From Camelus dromedarius (Eukaryota): a DNA stretch of 64,000 nucleotides. The notes under the pieces were generated by a model that did no database searches, was not told where the DNA came from, and saw nothing but the letters and a program-made list of their open reading frames with translations. The position numbers were made by a program, and so were the translations under genes. The first letter of the stretch is position 1. Every line of letters starts with the position of its first letter. Below, in pieces: positions 26,558-38,683 of this stretch. The stretch spans positions 56,918,001 through 56,982,000 of the forward strand of contig NC_087437.1 of NCBI RefSeq assembly GCF_036321535.1, in the 5' to 3' direction.

Positions 26558-27439
26558 GTGAGGACCGGGGACGGGGAGGGGGTGGTGGGAGAGTCACGCC
26601 AGGATGGGCTTTCTCTGGAGGCAGCAGCCAGGGCAGGGAAGAGGGCTCTCCATCTGTCCCTCTGACTCCTTTCACTATTAGATTACAAGTCCTAGAGTGG
26701 CTGTCCCATAGTTTTCTTCCATTTGAAAATTTTTCTTTGTTGTTGGAATCTAGGTTTTGGGAAATGCGGATTCTGATGTGAACCATTCACACTTCTTGCT
26801 GGATGACTCAGAGCCATTTGGTCGGCCTCTCTGAGTCAGTTTTCCTTCCCTGCACATGAGGAAATGTTCGCTAGGCCCTCTGCCTCACGGGTGGTTTCGG
26901 GGAATCCAGCGGAATACTGGATATCAAAGAAGTCTATGAGTTGTATTGAGTTCCTTTGCTATTTCCTAGCAGTTTGCTTTTTTTTTTTTTTTTTTCCTTT
27001 GAACCCCTTTCTTTTTAAACAGAGGCAGAGTCTTTTAGAAAGCTCTGAATTGTCCCCTCAGTTCTCTTCATAACTTCAGTCTCTGACTAAAGTTATTTCT
27101 CAGTCTCCTCCTAAATGGAAAGATCCTATCTAAGGTCTCTTCCAGCACAATGACTTTTTATTCTTTTTCAGTGTTTTAAAAGCTTACAGGGTATATTTCT
27201 TCTTTGAGAGAGGCTTTTGTACCTAAAGTCTCTAATGGTGAACATAACCACAAGATACTGTTTTGAAGAGGGAGGGGTAAAGGAAGACGTGAAGGGACCC
27301 CTCGATTTAACTTTCGTTGTCGTGTTTAGATAAACAGGAAAGCCCATCACTTTTGCTGACTTGGAGGAAAGATTTATCTTTCTGTTTTATTATTTGCAGA
27401 GAGGACTCTATTCATGATTTTATTGAGCTTCCTTATTTT

Positions 27440-28320
27440 GTACATAAACATCCTTATTGACACGTGTTAACCATGACACCACGAAAGGCACCAGAGAGCA
27501 TAGACATGAATAAAACTTAGCCATTGCCCTTAAAGGCCTCTGGAAAAAACTCTGAGCATTCTATATCTAGAGATAGGTGCACAAGGCACAGGAGATTAAA
27601 TGGTAGGTTCCATGCCTATGAAGATTAGTAGAGACTGGGAAAGCTATCCCAATGCAGGTTATCTATTTAATCCAAACCCTGATGGTCAACTGGGAGTTTA
27701 TAGTGGTAACTGGGAAAAACTGTTCTAGCCAAAGAGCATAGCAGTCATCAAGGTAAGAGGTAAAAGGACCTGGAATCTCACAGTAGCTGAAAGGTGTACA
27801 GTATTGCTAGAGTGGAGAATATAATTAGAGGCATAGACAGGAGATGAGGCCAGAAAAGCAGTCAAAAGTTGGACCAGAAGGTCACATGGTTATGTTAAAG
27901 AATTTAGGTTTTGTAGATTTTGTAAGTGATAGAGGGCCATCAAAGGAGTTTTAGATTTTCATTTTGGGACCTCTGGGGTAAAGGATCAGAGGGGGCAAGA
28001 TTGAAGGGAACAGTGGTCAAATTAAGAGATGAGGAGGCTTGAACTGGGGACAGGGGTTGGTAGACAGAGAGAGAGGAGGGAGGGGATGGGGCCCGAGTTC
28101 AGGGGAGTGTTAGTGGACTTAGAAGAGGCAGATTTGATTTGTATGGGAGGCTCAGTGTCAAACGTAGTGAAGATGAGAGCTAGAGCCAGAATAGTCCAGA
28201 GTTCTAAACTGCTGCCTTTTACATTTTTCTCAGTGCTCTTTTATCAAGGCCAGTTCTCTGGGTGATGCAGAAGTTTAAGAAGTAGGCAGTGATAATGAGT
28301 TTAAGTTCAGAGATTATCGA
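27440..28320. mobile_element. Degenerate L2 LINE fragments
   Basis: Purine-rich L2-like text (ggagatgaggccagaaaagcag...ttaaagaatttaggttt...gggccatcaaaggagtttt); boundaries approximate. Confidence 0.5.
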
Positions 28321-29799
28321 GACGAAGCACTGTGATTATATGTCAGAATTTAGAGAGTGACGGATTATAGGTCCTAAATGAGAGAACTAGGCATTATATT
28401 TCTGCCTGGGACTTCAAGGTTTTGGAGGTATTCCTGGCTGAAATAAGGAAGTTTTTCAGTTTTTACAGCCTGGCAGTCTTGCCATCTGAACATCAAGGGA
28501 AGGATGAAATGCTATAGATACTAACAAACTGGAACCTTTCAGCTGGTCTGTCTGGATCCTGGGGCCCTGGTCCAAAGTCAAGCTGACCGACGGCTGACGA
28601 CTCGTTTCTCACTTGATTTTGCTTCCTAAGGATTCTGTACCAATAGCTGAGGGAACTAGAACTGGTCCTTCTTGGAAATATGGTTTGAAATAATTAGGCT
28701 CAGCCTAAACTTTACTTCTTTATTTTCCATACTAGGAGATGCATCTTCTGTCACTTGTGACTCTCAGCATTTCGTTTGGATTTGTGCTCCTCTGCTTTCT
28801 TCCCAGCTGTTAGCACCTTGCGTGTAGTTAGTAGCTGCTTACTCCTGTGCGGGTTTACGTTAGTTTGGGAGATCCAGGTAGACAAATCTTCAAAAACTAA
28901 GACCGTGATTCTGTGTATGATTCTTAACTATTTAAAGTGAGTGAATGGAAAGAGGATATAGAAATGAAAATTATTCTGAGTAGATATTTATTTTTAGTTC
29001 TGTGGTTTGAATGGTTAAGAATCCTAGAGTGTTAGACCTTAGTATGAAGTCATTAAGTCTAGAAACTTTTATCACTGATAAGATGACATGAAAGGACATG
29101 ATTCACCGGTTAACGGCAGCAGGACCAGAAGTTAGGTCTGCAGGCAACTTTTCCGGTGATTTTCTTACCGATTCTAAAATAGCTTGTCATTTCCAGTTCC
29201 GGCCTGTGCTCTCCGTCTTGTGTTCTCTTCCTCTTTCTGTCCTGTGTGCGCACACACATACATACACACCCGTGTGTACAAGTTTACCAACATCTGTATC
29301 TATTTCCAGACATGTTGAAAGTGACCATTTCCTTATACAAATGAGAACAGTGTTCATCCGCTCACTTTTGTCAGAATAGACTATGGGGATTCTGGTTTCT
29401 CCAGAGAAGTTGGGATATCCCCCCCTCACCCTCCAACACTTTTCGGTTACAAAAGACTGCCATTAAACTTGGCATATGCAAGCCTGGAGTCACTGAGTAG
29501 TTTAAGTTCAACTGGCAGCAGGTGAATAAGAGGCAATATTTGTTTAGCAAATGAACTACATATATAAACCACAATGGTAATTTTATCCCAGCATCTTTTT
29601 AGATAGTAAACTCTAAGCATGTTTATATCTGTTTCCTAGCTAACAGTTCTGTGTAAAGGTGGGCTCCCTGGCACTACCACACTCTGGAGTTTTAAGCTGC
29701 CCACTGACTTCTTGAAACCTGAGACAGAAGACTTGTGTCCTTACAGCCATCTCTGAGAGGTCCAAACCCCATTTTCTGTTGGAACCGATGTTTTAAAGG

Positions 29800-29945
29800 A
29801 TCTTTTTCTCCCAACACAATGATTTGTCTCCTTTCTTCCACCAGGATGTACTGTGAACTCCTGAGTTCAGGATCTTCATCCTTTATTTATTTTTGTATCC
29901 TCAGTGTTGAGCATGGTGCCTGGACGATAGCAGATGCTGTTTAAA
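29800..29945. mobile_element. L2 3' end
   Basis: actgtgaactcctgagttcaggatc...tttgtatcctcagtgttgagcatggtgcctggac. Confidence 0.65.
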
Positions 29946-30349
29946 TCTTTTTTTGAGTGCGTGAATGCGAAAACGAAACAAAACTGTGGCAGCAGCAGTA
30001 TTTTACTACATTTGGTTTTCTTAGTGGCCAGAGTATTAAGAACACTGGCATCAACGAGAGAGGTTTCTACTTGGAACTGAAGCTGGAGAATATACATTTT
30101 TTTTCTTTTGTTTAAAGTTTTATTGAAACTGAAAAAAAAAAATTCATCTGATTAAAAAATTTATAAAACCACCTCTAGGTGGCCACAGTATTACTGACAT
30201 TTTAGTGAGCTTGCTCCCAGTTTTTGTCTGTGTACTCTATGCTTGTTTGGATATTTGTGGACGTCATTCCCATAGTGTTGAGCTCCTTTGCAGAGTCTTG
30301 AGGAAATGTGCCTGTGTCTCTGTAGAACGGCTCCAGCAGGACAAGGTGA

Positions 30350-30570
30350 TATGGTGGTACAGAGAAAGCGCGGAGCTTTCCATTGAAGTCTCTGGGTATC
30401 ATATTCTGGTTCTACCACTTACTTGCTGTGTGTTCTTAGGGAAATGATTTCACTATTCTGGGCCTCAAGTTTTTCATCTGTAAGATGTGACAGCATCAGC
30501 CTCTTTGCATCATTATTGTGAGGATTAAGTGAGATAAAAATATACACTGGCTCATAGTGTTCAGGAAATT
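30350..30570 (+). mobile_element. MIR SINE
   Basis: ttctaccacttacttgctgtgtgttcttaggg...ctgggcctcaagtttttcatctgtaagatg...ttgtgaggattaagtgagataa. Confidence 0.8.
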
Positions 30571-30637
30571 GTGTTCTGTTTAGGAAAAATCATTCTTTGT
30601 TTTCTTTATCCATGTTGTTTTCACCTTTGTTTTTTAG

Positions 30638-30728
30638 TGAACAACAAGACTGTGAAATTGCTCAGGAGATTCAGGAGAAGCTGGCTATCGAAGCAGAGAA
30701 GCGACGCATTCAGGAGAAGAAGGATGAG
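30638..30728 (+). CDS. CCDC50: CCDC50 exon 4 (91 nt)
   Basis: tttttag|T GAA CAA CAA GAC...GAT GAG|gtacca; encodes [30 protein letters not shown]. Confidence 0.96.
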
Positions 30729-30960
30729 GTACCACCTAGTTAATGCCCCGCCCCCCCAGGCGGAAGGGCTGCTCAGCTCCGGAGCAGAGACTCTGTGTTC
30801 ATAGGCTCAGATTAGGGTTGCTGGATGTGCAGCAGAACGCTTCCCTTTTGGGGTGCATAGTTCAAGTACCACTCTCCATGGACCACTGTCGATTACTTTG
30901 ATCAGTTGTGTAAGTGGTGAAATCTTAAAAGATGATGATAAAGGATAATTTGACATAAAG

Positions 30961-31385
30961 TGTGGATTAGGTTCCTTAGAGCTGCTGTAACAAATTACCG
31001 CAAACTTGGTGGCTTAAAACAGCAGAAATGTATCCTCTCACAGTTCTGCAGGCTGCAAATTGAAATGAAGGTGTTGGCAGCATCGTGCCACCTATTAGGA
31101 GAGACCCTTCTTCGCTTCTTCCTAGCTTCTGGTGGCTCCCGGCAGTCTTTGCATGCCTTGGCTTGTAATCATCACAAGGTCTCAACCTTTATTGTCACGT
31201 GGCTTTCTTCCCTGTTCTCTTGTTTTCTTACAAGGACACCAGTCATTGGATCGAGGACCCACTGTAACCCACTGTTAAGATCTCCTCTTAGCTAATTACA
31301 TCTGCAAAGACCCTATTTCCAAATAAGATCATGTTCTGAGGTTCTTGGTATAAATGAATTTTAAGGGGCACTTCAACCCAATACA
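30961..31385 (-). mobile_element. MLT1 (MLT1B/C-like) ERVL-MaLR solo LTR
   Basis: TG...CA ends; gctgctgtaacaaattaccgcaaacttggtggcttaaaacagcagaaatgtatcctctcacagttctg and attacatctgcaaagaccctatttccaaataag are MLT1 hallmarks. Confidence 0.9.
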
Positions 31386-31789
31386 GGCTGTCTGTCTGTG
31401 GGCTATTCCCACAACTTTAGGAAGAGCAGACCTTGAGTTTAGCCTGAACAGGAGTCAGGGACTGGCCATGGCTCTCACTCTCTTTTGTGAATGGTTTCAC
31501 TCTCTTATGATAAGCTGCGTCAAAGCAGTGGTCTGTTTGAGTCTGTGTGTATTTTTAAATTGTATTGTGTTTAAAGCCGAAAATGACTAAAATTAGCAGT
31601 AGGATATGGTTTGTAAGAAGACTTGATTTGTACTTAATGATCACTTACTTTTGTGTCTTCAGCATTTCTCACTAACAGTTCTTTTTAAATATGCATTGAT
31701 TCTGTGTCTGTTTCTTTCACATGTATTATGCTATTCTTGGCCTTTGTCTTGATTTATAATAAGGAAAAATGATTTATCACTTTTAATAG

Positions 31790-31888
31790 TAGGATGACTA
31801 TATGATACTTTTCAAGGTTAAAGGGACACTGTTAATACTTACATAAACTGGGACTCTCCTGGGCAAACTGGCACTTTCAGTCACCTTA
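31790..31888. mobile_element. MER94-like hAT-Blackjack MITE
   Basis: Imperfect TIRs taggatgact...agtcacctta; internal taaactgggactctcctgggcaaactgg; flanks tttaatag/ttaagtag look like a decayed 8-bp TSD. Confidence 0.65.
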
Positions 31889-32414
31889 TTAAGTAGGTAC
31901 GGTCAGGGTCATCAGTGAACCAGCCCGCATCTTCTGCTCCTCCCGCTGAGCCATCCTGGTTCTTCTAGAACTCCTTGTTCAGTGCCAGGTGAGTGTGAGA
32001 CACCTGGTGTGAGTGTATTTAGCTGTTTCTTTAAGAAACAAGCCATGACTATGTGATAATCAGAATTGCAAGTAGGAATTAGGGATTCCTTGTCATCCTT
32101 CCTGTTACCAACACAGGAGCCCTTTCTTACTGCTGGATGTGTTGCCTCTCTGTAGTCGAGACTGCTTTGGGGATGAAACTAGGAACTGAAAGAAGTGATT
32201 ATGTTTTGTAGACAGGAAAGCTTCTATTTTAAAAATAACAGAGTAATGAAGTTGGCTTCTTCTAAATGCTTCTGGTGTCCTGTGATCCCCTCTTCCCCCC
32301 ATTCAGGGAAAAACAGTATTAGAGAAACCAAAACACTTTATTTTATGCATGTAAAAACTAAACAGCAATCACAATACATCTCACTGTAGTACTATATAAA
32401 GTAGGCAGTGTAGT

Positions 32415-32770
32415 GAATGACTGCATTTTTCAGATGAAGAAATTAAGTGTTGAAGAAGTGAATGACTGGTCCCAAGCTATAGTAAGATGCCAGAGGAATG
32501 TCTGTACAATTCAGTCTCCTGACTGACTGCTTCTGACTTAAACTGTGATACAAAATGGAACACATAGACTTTGGAGTTAGGCTGTCCTGGGTTTGAATCT
32601 AAACTGTTTAATTCTTAGCTGCGACTTTCAGCATCTCGCTTAACCACGTGGAACCTCAGGTTCCAAACCCAGGAAGTCAGGATAACTGTACACCACCCTA
32701 AAGGGCTATTGTGAGGTTTAAGTAAGATCATGTGGATAAGGTCTCTGCTGCACACAAAGTTAATGGTTGC
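32415..32770. mobile_element. Two adjacent MIR fragments in opposite orientation
   Basis: Minus: catttttcagatgaagaaattaag...gtgaatgactggtcccaag; plus: agactttggagttaggctgtcctgggtttgaatc...ggctattgtgaggtttaagtaaga. Confidence 0.7.
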
Positions 32771-35459
32771 TTTTCCCTTTTGGCTTTCTTGCCAGGTGTT
32801 TTCCCCACCATTCTGCCTTCTGTAACAGCTCAGATTTCTCTCACAGAGAGAAGTGCTAAGTTAGAGAGGGGGAAAGTTAAACGGGCCTAAGTGTATTCCA
32901 GTATGGTGTAATTTGAGGCATCTTCAGGAGCCTCCTTCCCTTCACAGGCCCCCCACCTCCTCGCCCACTTCCACTTCTGACTTACTGAAACGGCCCCCCG
33001 CCCCCGGTGCCGTGGGGAGATTAAATGAGAAGTCCAGTCGTGGAGGTTTAGTGAGACTAGCCTTTAAAAAACTCCTTGCAGACATTTTGGATTTTTCACT
33101 GATGCCTGAGATTAGAAGATGGCTGTCCTGCCAAAGTGTTCTTTTATCGTAGAAAAATGTGACTCCCCGCTGACTAGTATGTTGTAATATTGAATAAACA
33201 AGATTTGCATAAGTTTGACGTTGAAGGATGCATGACAATGCATATTAGTTTGTTTCAGTCCCGGATGCTTCACTGGGAAGACTGAGACTGCGAAGGCAGC
33301 GCTCATCTTCCTGGCCAGCTCCTGGGAGAGCGTGGCCTGTTCCTTGTCAGCTGTCCTGGTTCTGCTTTGTTCCTCCCTCTGCTCTTCCGCTTCCTTGTAG
33401 AGGCCGCTTAGCTACTAAGTTCTTACTCAGCAGCAGGGCTGTGGCAAATTCCTCTCTGGATTTTCATCCAAATATCTTTTTAGAGATTTTTGGAATCAAC
33501 TCTCTTGGGTAGTTTATAATCACCCACAACAACCAGATGTGGAATTCGAGGCCCCTTTTCTCTTGGGACAGGTTTTTTTTTTCTGAACAACATTGTTCAT
33601 GAGAAGTAGAATTATACAACTTTGGGTGAATTAGCTTGTCTAGCTTTTGTCTTTTTTGTGTTTTTTAACAGAGCCCAGATGTAAGGAAAGTAGCATTTCC
33701 TTTGGGGAGACAGATGTAGAAAAGTTAAAAAAAAAGAAAAAGATCTCTTGTACTCTTACTAGCATTGTGGCCTTCCCCTTCCCTTCCTCTTTTCCCTCCC
33801 TCATCCTCCCTTCCTTTCTTCCTGGCTTTTTTTCTTTTTAACTCTTTTACACCAGCGTCTTGAATGCAGTAATAGTTGCATTTCTCTCTGGGTGCCCTGT
33901 TCAAGGCAGGGGCTTGCAGTCTTTTGGAACATTGGACTATATGAGTATGTGGCTAATACAGGTGGACTAATTTTATTGGGATCTTTCTCTTTGGTCACAG
34001 TGTAAGCATTTGCCAGTGTTACTTAACAAAGCCAAGAAATGTGCGTTTAGTTCATTTAACTTAGTTATTCTTAACTAAAACTCGTAACTGTGTGAGTGAA
34101 TGTAGACATACACGTGTGTGTCTTGGAACCTAGGTCCAAATATATGTGAACATGAAACTATTTTAGGGAAAACCTTTTTTTTTCCCCTAAAGTAAACAGC
34201 AGTAGCGTGGCCAACCATGTCATGAGACGTCTGTGGCATTAGTCCAACAGTTTGAAGCCATTTTGTAATGTGAGCTATTCTGGGATAAACTTAGTAACCA
34301 ATTTACATTAAAAATTAATCTGGTGTGAGCCATGGTGCTTTTTCATAGCACTCTTATGGTGATCAGAATTTCATGTTCTAAAAGAATATTTATAGTTGGT
34401 AAAATCTGGAGGATAGTTCAGATAGTAATAATTTTTGCTGCTAAAATTTTTTCCTATGTTTTGGCACTTAGAAAATAAGTTTATACAAATATAGCCAGAC
34501 AAGGGAAGTGAGTGGGAGGCCTCTGGCTGAGAAAATTCTTCTCTCGTCTTACCCTAGTTATAGTGAGGTTTTTATATCCATGTAATTGGTATTACCCTGT
34601 TTTTCTGGTCTTGTAGAGTAACCCTTTGGGGATTATACCTGCTTTGAGTCCCCTACTGAGTTAGATGCTAATATACTAATTGCTAGTTAATAAAATAAGT
34701 TTAGTAATCTAATGGAATGGCTTTCCTTTTTTAAATTCTTCTGATAGTGATTTGACAATCACATTTTCAGATCTCCTTTAGATTGTCTTTATAGCCAAGG
34801 GTTCCTCATTTTGAATCCCACTACTGTTGTATGATAGAGATGGAAACTTTAAGGGAGAAGTAACCCTGGTATAAAATCATGTAAATCATAAAAATACCCG
34901 AAGGAACCCAACACAGTGGTTCAGCAATTTGTCACCTGCTTCAGTGGGGCTCCTCTGCCTCCTTCCCACCTGGTTTGTATTAATGCTTCTCTTACAGGAC
35001 TCATCTTTATGTCTTGGTCATTTTGCTTCTAACACTTCATAGATAAGAGCTTTAATGAGATTGACCACACATCTTCTTTGCTACAGGAGGTGTCTAGCAG
35101 AATGTTTGACCCATTGAAGGGAATCAGTGAATCTGTGTTTTTCTTAAAATGACTTTCCCCTAGGAGTCTATCCATCCTTACCAGTGCCCTTAAGCTCACA
35201 GCTTCAAATTTTCCAGAGTTGAGTGAGCTTGGATAACAGAAAAGGGAGAGATGGGATGTAATGATAAACTCTTATTTCAATAAATGTGCTTACTAGAAAG
35301 TCTTCTATGCCACAGAGTTATTTTTACATATTAGCTGAAAGTAAGTCTACCTGATTAATATGATTAATGAAAAAATAATGAACATAACTTCAAAAAAGCT
35401 TATGAGTTCTTTTACATTTTTTTCCCCAGGTTACATTTTATCAAACACTAATTTCATAA

Positions 35460-35723
35460 GGTTTGTATTTTTTATGTAACAAAAAGCCTTCTGTCACAAA
35501 ATGAATTTGGAAATTCCTGGGTTACAGGAAGATAACAGATTTCTTTTATCAAAGTTTAAAAATATATTAGCACATTTTGAAATGTGTTGGAAGAGTTAGA
35601 CGTAATACATGTTTTCTATTGAATGCTTTCTGGGGCTTTTTTTGTTTGTTTTTTTGTTTTTTCTTGGAGAACCTTTTAATACCAGTGTTCTCAAAAACAG
35701 AGCTTTGGGAAATGCTGTTCTAG
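35460..35723. mobile_element. Probable hAT-Charlie (MER103/MER112-like) remnant
   Basis: Ends in accagtgttctc...ctttgggaaatgctg; family assignment uncertain. Confidence 0.4.
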
Positions 35724-36959
35724 ACTAACCTTTAACAGGAAGGAAGCTGAGGACCAAGGAGGTTGTTTGTGTCATGGTTGACTAAGCTGCATCCAAGCGT
35801 TGTGACTAACAATTCCCATCTTTAGCTTGTTGCAGGGGAAATTCTTTGTATTGAAATCGCCTAACTAAGCCCATTGGGCAGTAATGTCAGAAAGCAGGGA
35901 GGAGAACTGACTTGGGCTAAACCACAGTTGCAATACAGCAGCAGTTTTCCATTGAATCCTTTATCCTTTCCCTCCTCAAGTCCAGCTAGCCGTTCTCACA
36001 CTGTAGAAGCTTACTCAGAAAAGAGCTGAGTTAAAAAAGCAAGAGGTTTGGATGCTAAGGTACATGACGCATTATGATTGTTATTTTTCTACTTGGATAA
36101 AAGCACTCCTTTTGACTAGCTGCCGCCTTGTACAAAAAAGGGGCATCATCTTTGTTTCTCTTTGGTTCATCTTTGGTTCTTCACAGTGAGCAAGTGGCTT
36201 ATTCATTTATATATATATTCACTCTGCATTCATTAGGACTAAATTCAATAGCAGGAAAGCAATTATAAAGTCCCTGCAGTACAGTTTAATAATTTCCACT
36301 GGCAGTTGGACCCGATAATTTTCTGTTATATTTTTACTGTTACATCAAGGGAAATTTTTTGTTTTCAGTAAAAGAAACCACTTAGGAAAATGTAGTGTTG
36401 GGTGCTTAGTAAACGTGACCATTCAGGGAAGTATTTATATTTTCTTCCTACTTCCACAGTAAAAAGTATAAGGGTTTGGGAAATTCTGTTAACAGGTACT
36501 AGTTTGGGGAGGACAGCTTACCTTGTCACACCCCTCTCTTCCTCACGGCCGTGTTGCTTTGTAAGACGTCAAGTGCAGTACCTGGCAAAGGGGCTGGCAG
36601 CTGGTCACACTCAGATTTATTAAAATGGTGCATTAGGAGTCAAGACTTTCGACTTTAAGATTGAGTGGTTCAAACCCTTCATTTTACAGATAAAGAATTC
36701 AAGCCCAAAGAAATCCATTATATTAGTTAGTATTTCTCCTCCAGTGTCTCCGAAGCATCTGACTTGAACTGGAAGGGAAAAGAAGATCATCTTAACCATT
36801 CAGATTTGGGTTTTTTTTTTTTCCCCCATCAAAGTATTAGAAATTCAGATTTCTTTGCATGAAAATGATACTTGTGTTTTAAGTAGGATTGTGTTCTTTG
36901 CCTTTCATTCTGAACTGCAACATAGTGTAAGTGCTTTTACAAAGATTACTTATTTTACT

Positions 36960-36983
36960 TATATATATATATATATATATATA
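36960..36983. repeat. (TA)n microsatellite
   Basis: About 12 TA units. Confidence 0.9.
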
Positions 36984-38565
36984 GTTTTTTACATAGTTTT
37001 ATGAGAAATTTGCAGCATAGAAATCAGTTAAAGGATTATATGGTAATAGTATATTTATAAGTTTGAATTTAGGCATTTACTTAACACAAAGGCAGATTTG
37101 TAAGACTGTTTTGTGAACATTAAAAGCCGAGTATGTGGGTAGTTGTTGCTAATTTACCTAGCCTCAGCACCCTGTTTATTTCTATCCTGACATGAGAAGA
37201 ATTGACTTATTTAAATGAATTTTTTTAATCTGTCTTGCAGCCTTAGTATAGTCTTCATTTTGACTTACTCAGAAAATTGCAAAAAGAAGAGTGGTGATTA
37301 ACTCTTGCTTCAAAATAGGCATCATTAACATCTCAGCACTTCTGTATTCCTCATTGTCAATATGAAGAAGTAAGCATCTCAGACACCTGTGACTATTATT
37401 ACCATTTACTTGCACCAGAGAGTGTTGCTGCCGTGTTTGTATGATCTTTAAGAGTCTGGTGACAGCTAGGGATCTTCGTTCTAAAAAAGTATACCTGCAC
37501 AAAGTTTATGTACTGTTTCATTGGGCCTTTCATAGAAATACTCTTAAGATTCAAAATGCTGTCACATTCCAGCTCAAAACCGTTAGTAGTCCTTTATTCC
37601 TTATTTATAGACTTCAGACTTCTTAAAATTGTCCGTAAGGGGTGCCTGCGATGCAGCCTCTGACTTTTTCTAGCTTCAGCTTTCTCTGTAACCCCCCACG
37701 TCCTCTGTTCTCATGGGGCTATGGGTTGTTCTCTAGATTGATGCCCACTGAAGTGTTTATAACTTTGCTCATGTTCTCTCTCTCCTTTTGCCTATTGGAC
37801 TGCTCAGAACCTAACATAAATGCAAAGCCTTGAACTAATTCATTTAAGCAGAAATAATATTCCCTCTTTTGTGCTCTCATAGACATTTTTAGCCTCTTTT
37901 TTGAGGCATTTCTAGTTGAATTGTGTTGTAGTTATTTGTGTATACCTTTGTTTTCATAGAGGGGATGGTAATCTCTCTGGGGACAGGGTCAGAATGCTAG
38001 TCATCACTTAGTGACTCCTAAAAACTTGCCTGGAGATGAAGCAGAGGGGAGGCAGGAGGAAGACGGTATTCTCGTTTTCAGTTAAGACAGTGGAACTCTA
38101 ATGTGCAGCTAAAACAGGATCAATTGAAAAACGCTTTAGAAAAGTTTTTAAAGTAAGTTGTAAATACAGTTTATAAAGTTCCATAGATTACAGCACTCTT
38201 CTTCATTCAGACTTAGTGAATCATCATCTTGGAAAAAGGACCCACAAATACATATTTTTAAAATTCTGTTCTATAACCAGCTTTAGGAATACTACATTTG
38301 AACATCTTCAGGTTGAGTTAGATTGAAATTTCAATTAAAAAAAACCCAACAACTTTACCCGTCATCTGGATCGTATGCCACTCCCGTTGAGCAGTCATCG
38401 TTGGCATTTGGATAGTATGAGCTTAATGCCAGAAAGTCTGGAGAGCCATAGGCAGAGCCCACAAAAGTCTGGCAGTGGAACGTCAAACCATTGACCTGTA
38501 GGGCCACTGTATGGACTGTGTTCCTTCTCCGGTAATATTTATTTCCGTTCTCTCTGTATTTGCAG

Positions 38566-38683
38566 GACATAGCACGCCTCTTGCAAGAAAAGGAGTTACA
38601 GGAGGAGAAAAAGCGAAAGAAGCACTTTCCAGAGTCCTCTGGAGGCAAAGCTTATGGTGACAGTTACTATTATGAAGACGGAG
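38566..38683 (+). CDS. CCDC50: CCDC50 exon 5 (118 nt)
   Basis: tttgcag|GAC ATA GCA...GAC GGA G|gtaacg; encodes [39 protein letters not shown], including the YYY cluster. Confidence 0.96.

Noticed and set aside
26804..26838. Inverted repeat TGACTCAGAG/CTCTGAGTCA carrying two AP-1 heptamers
   Set aside because: Lies in decayed MIR-like sequence; the near-palindromic AP-1 motif makes such a stem easy to obtain by chance.
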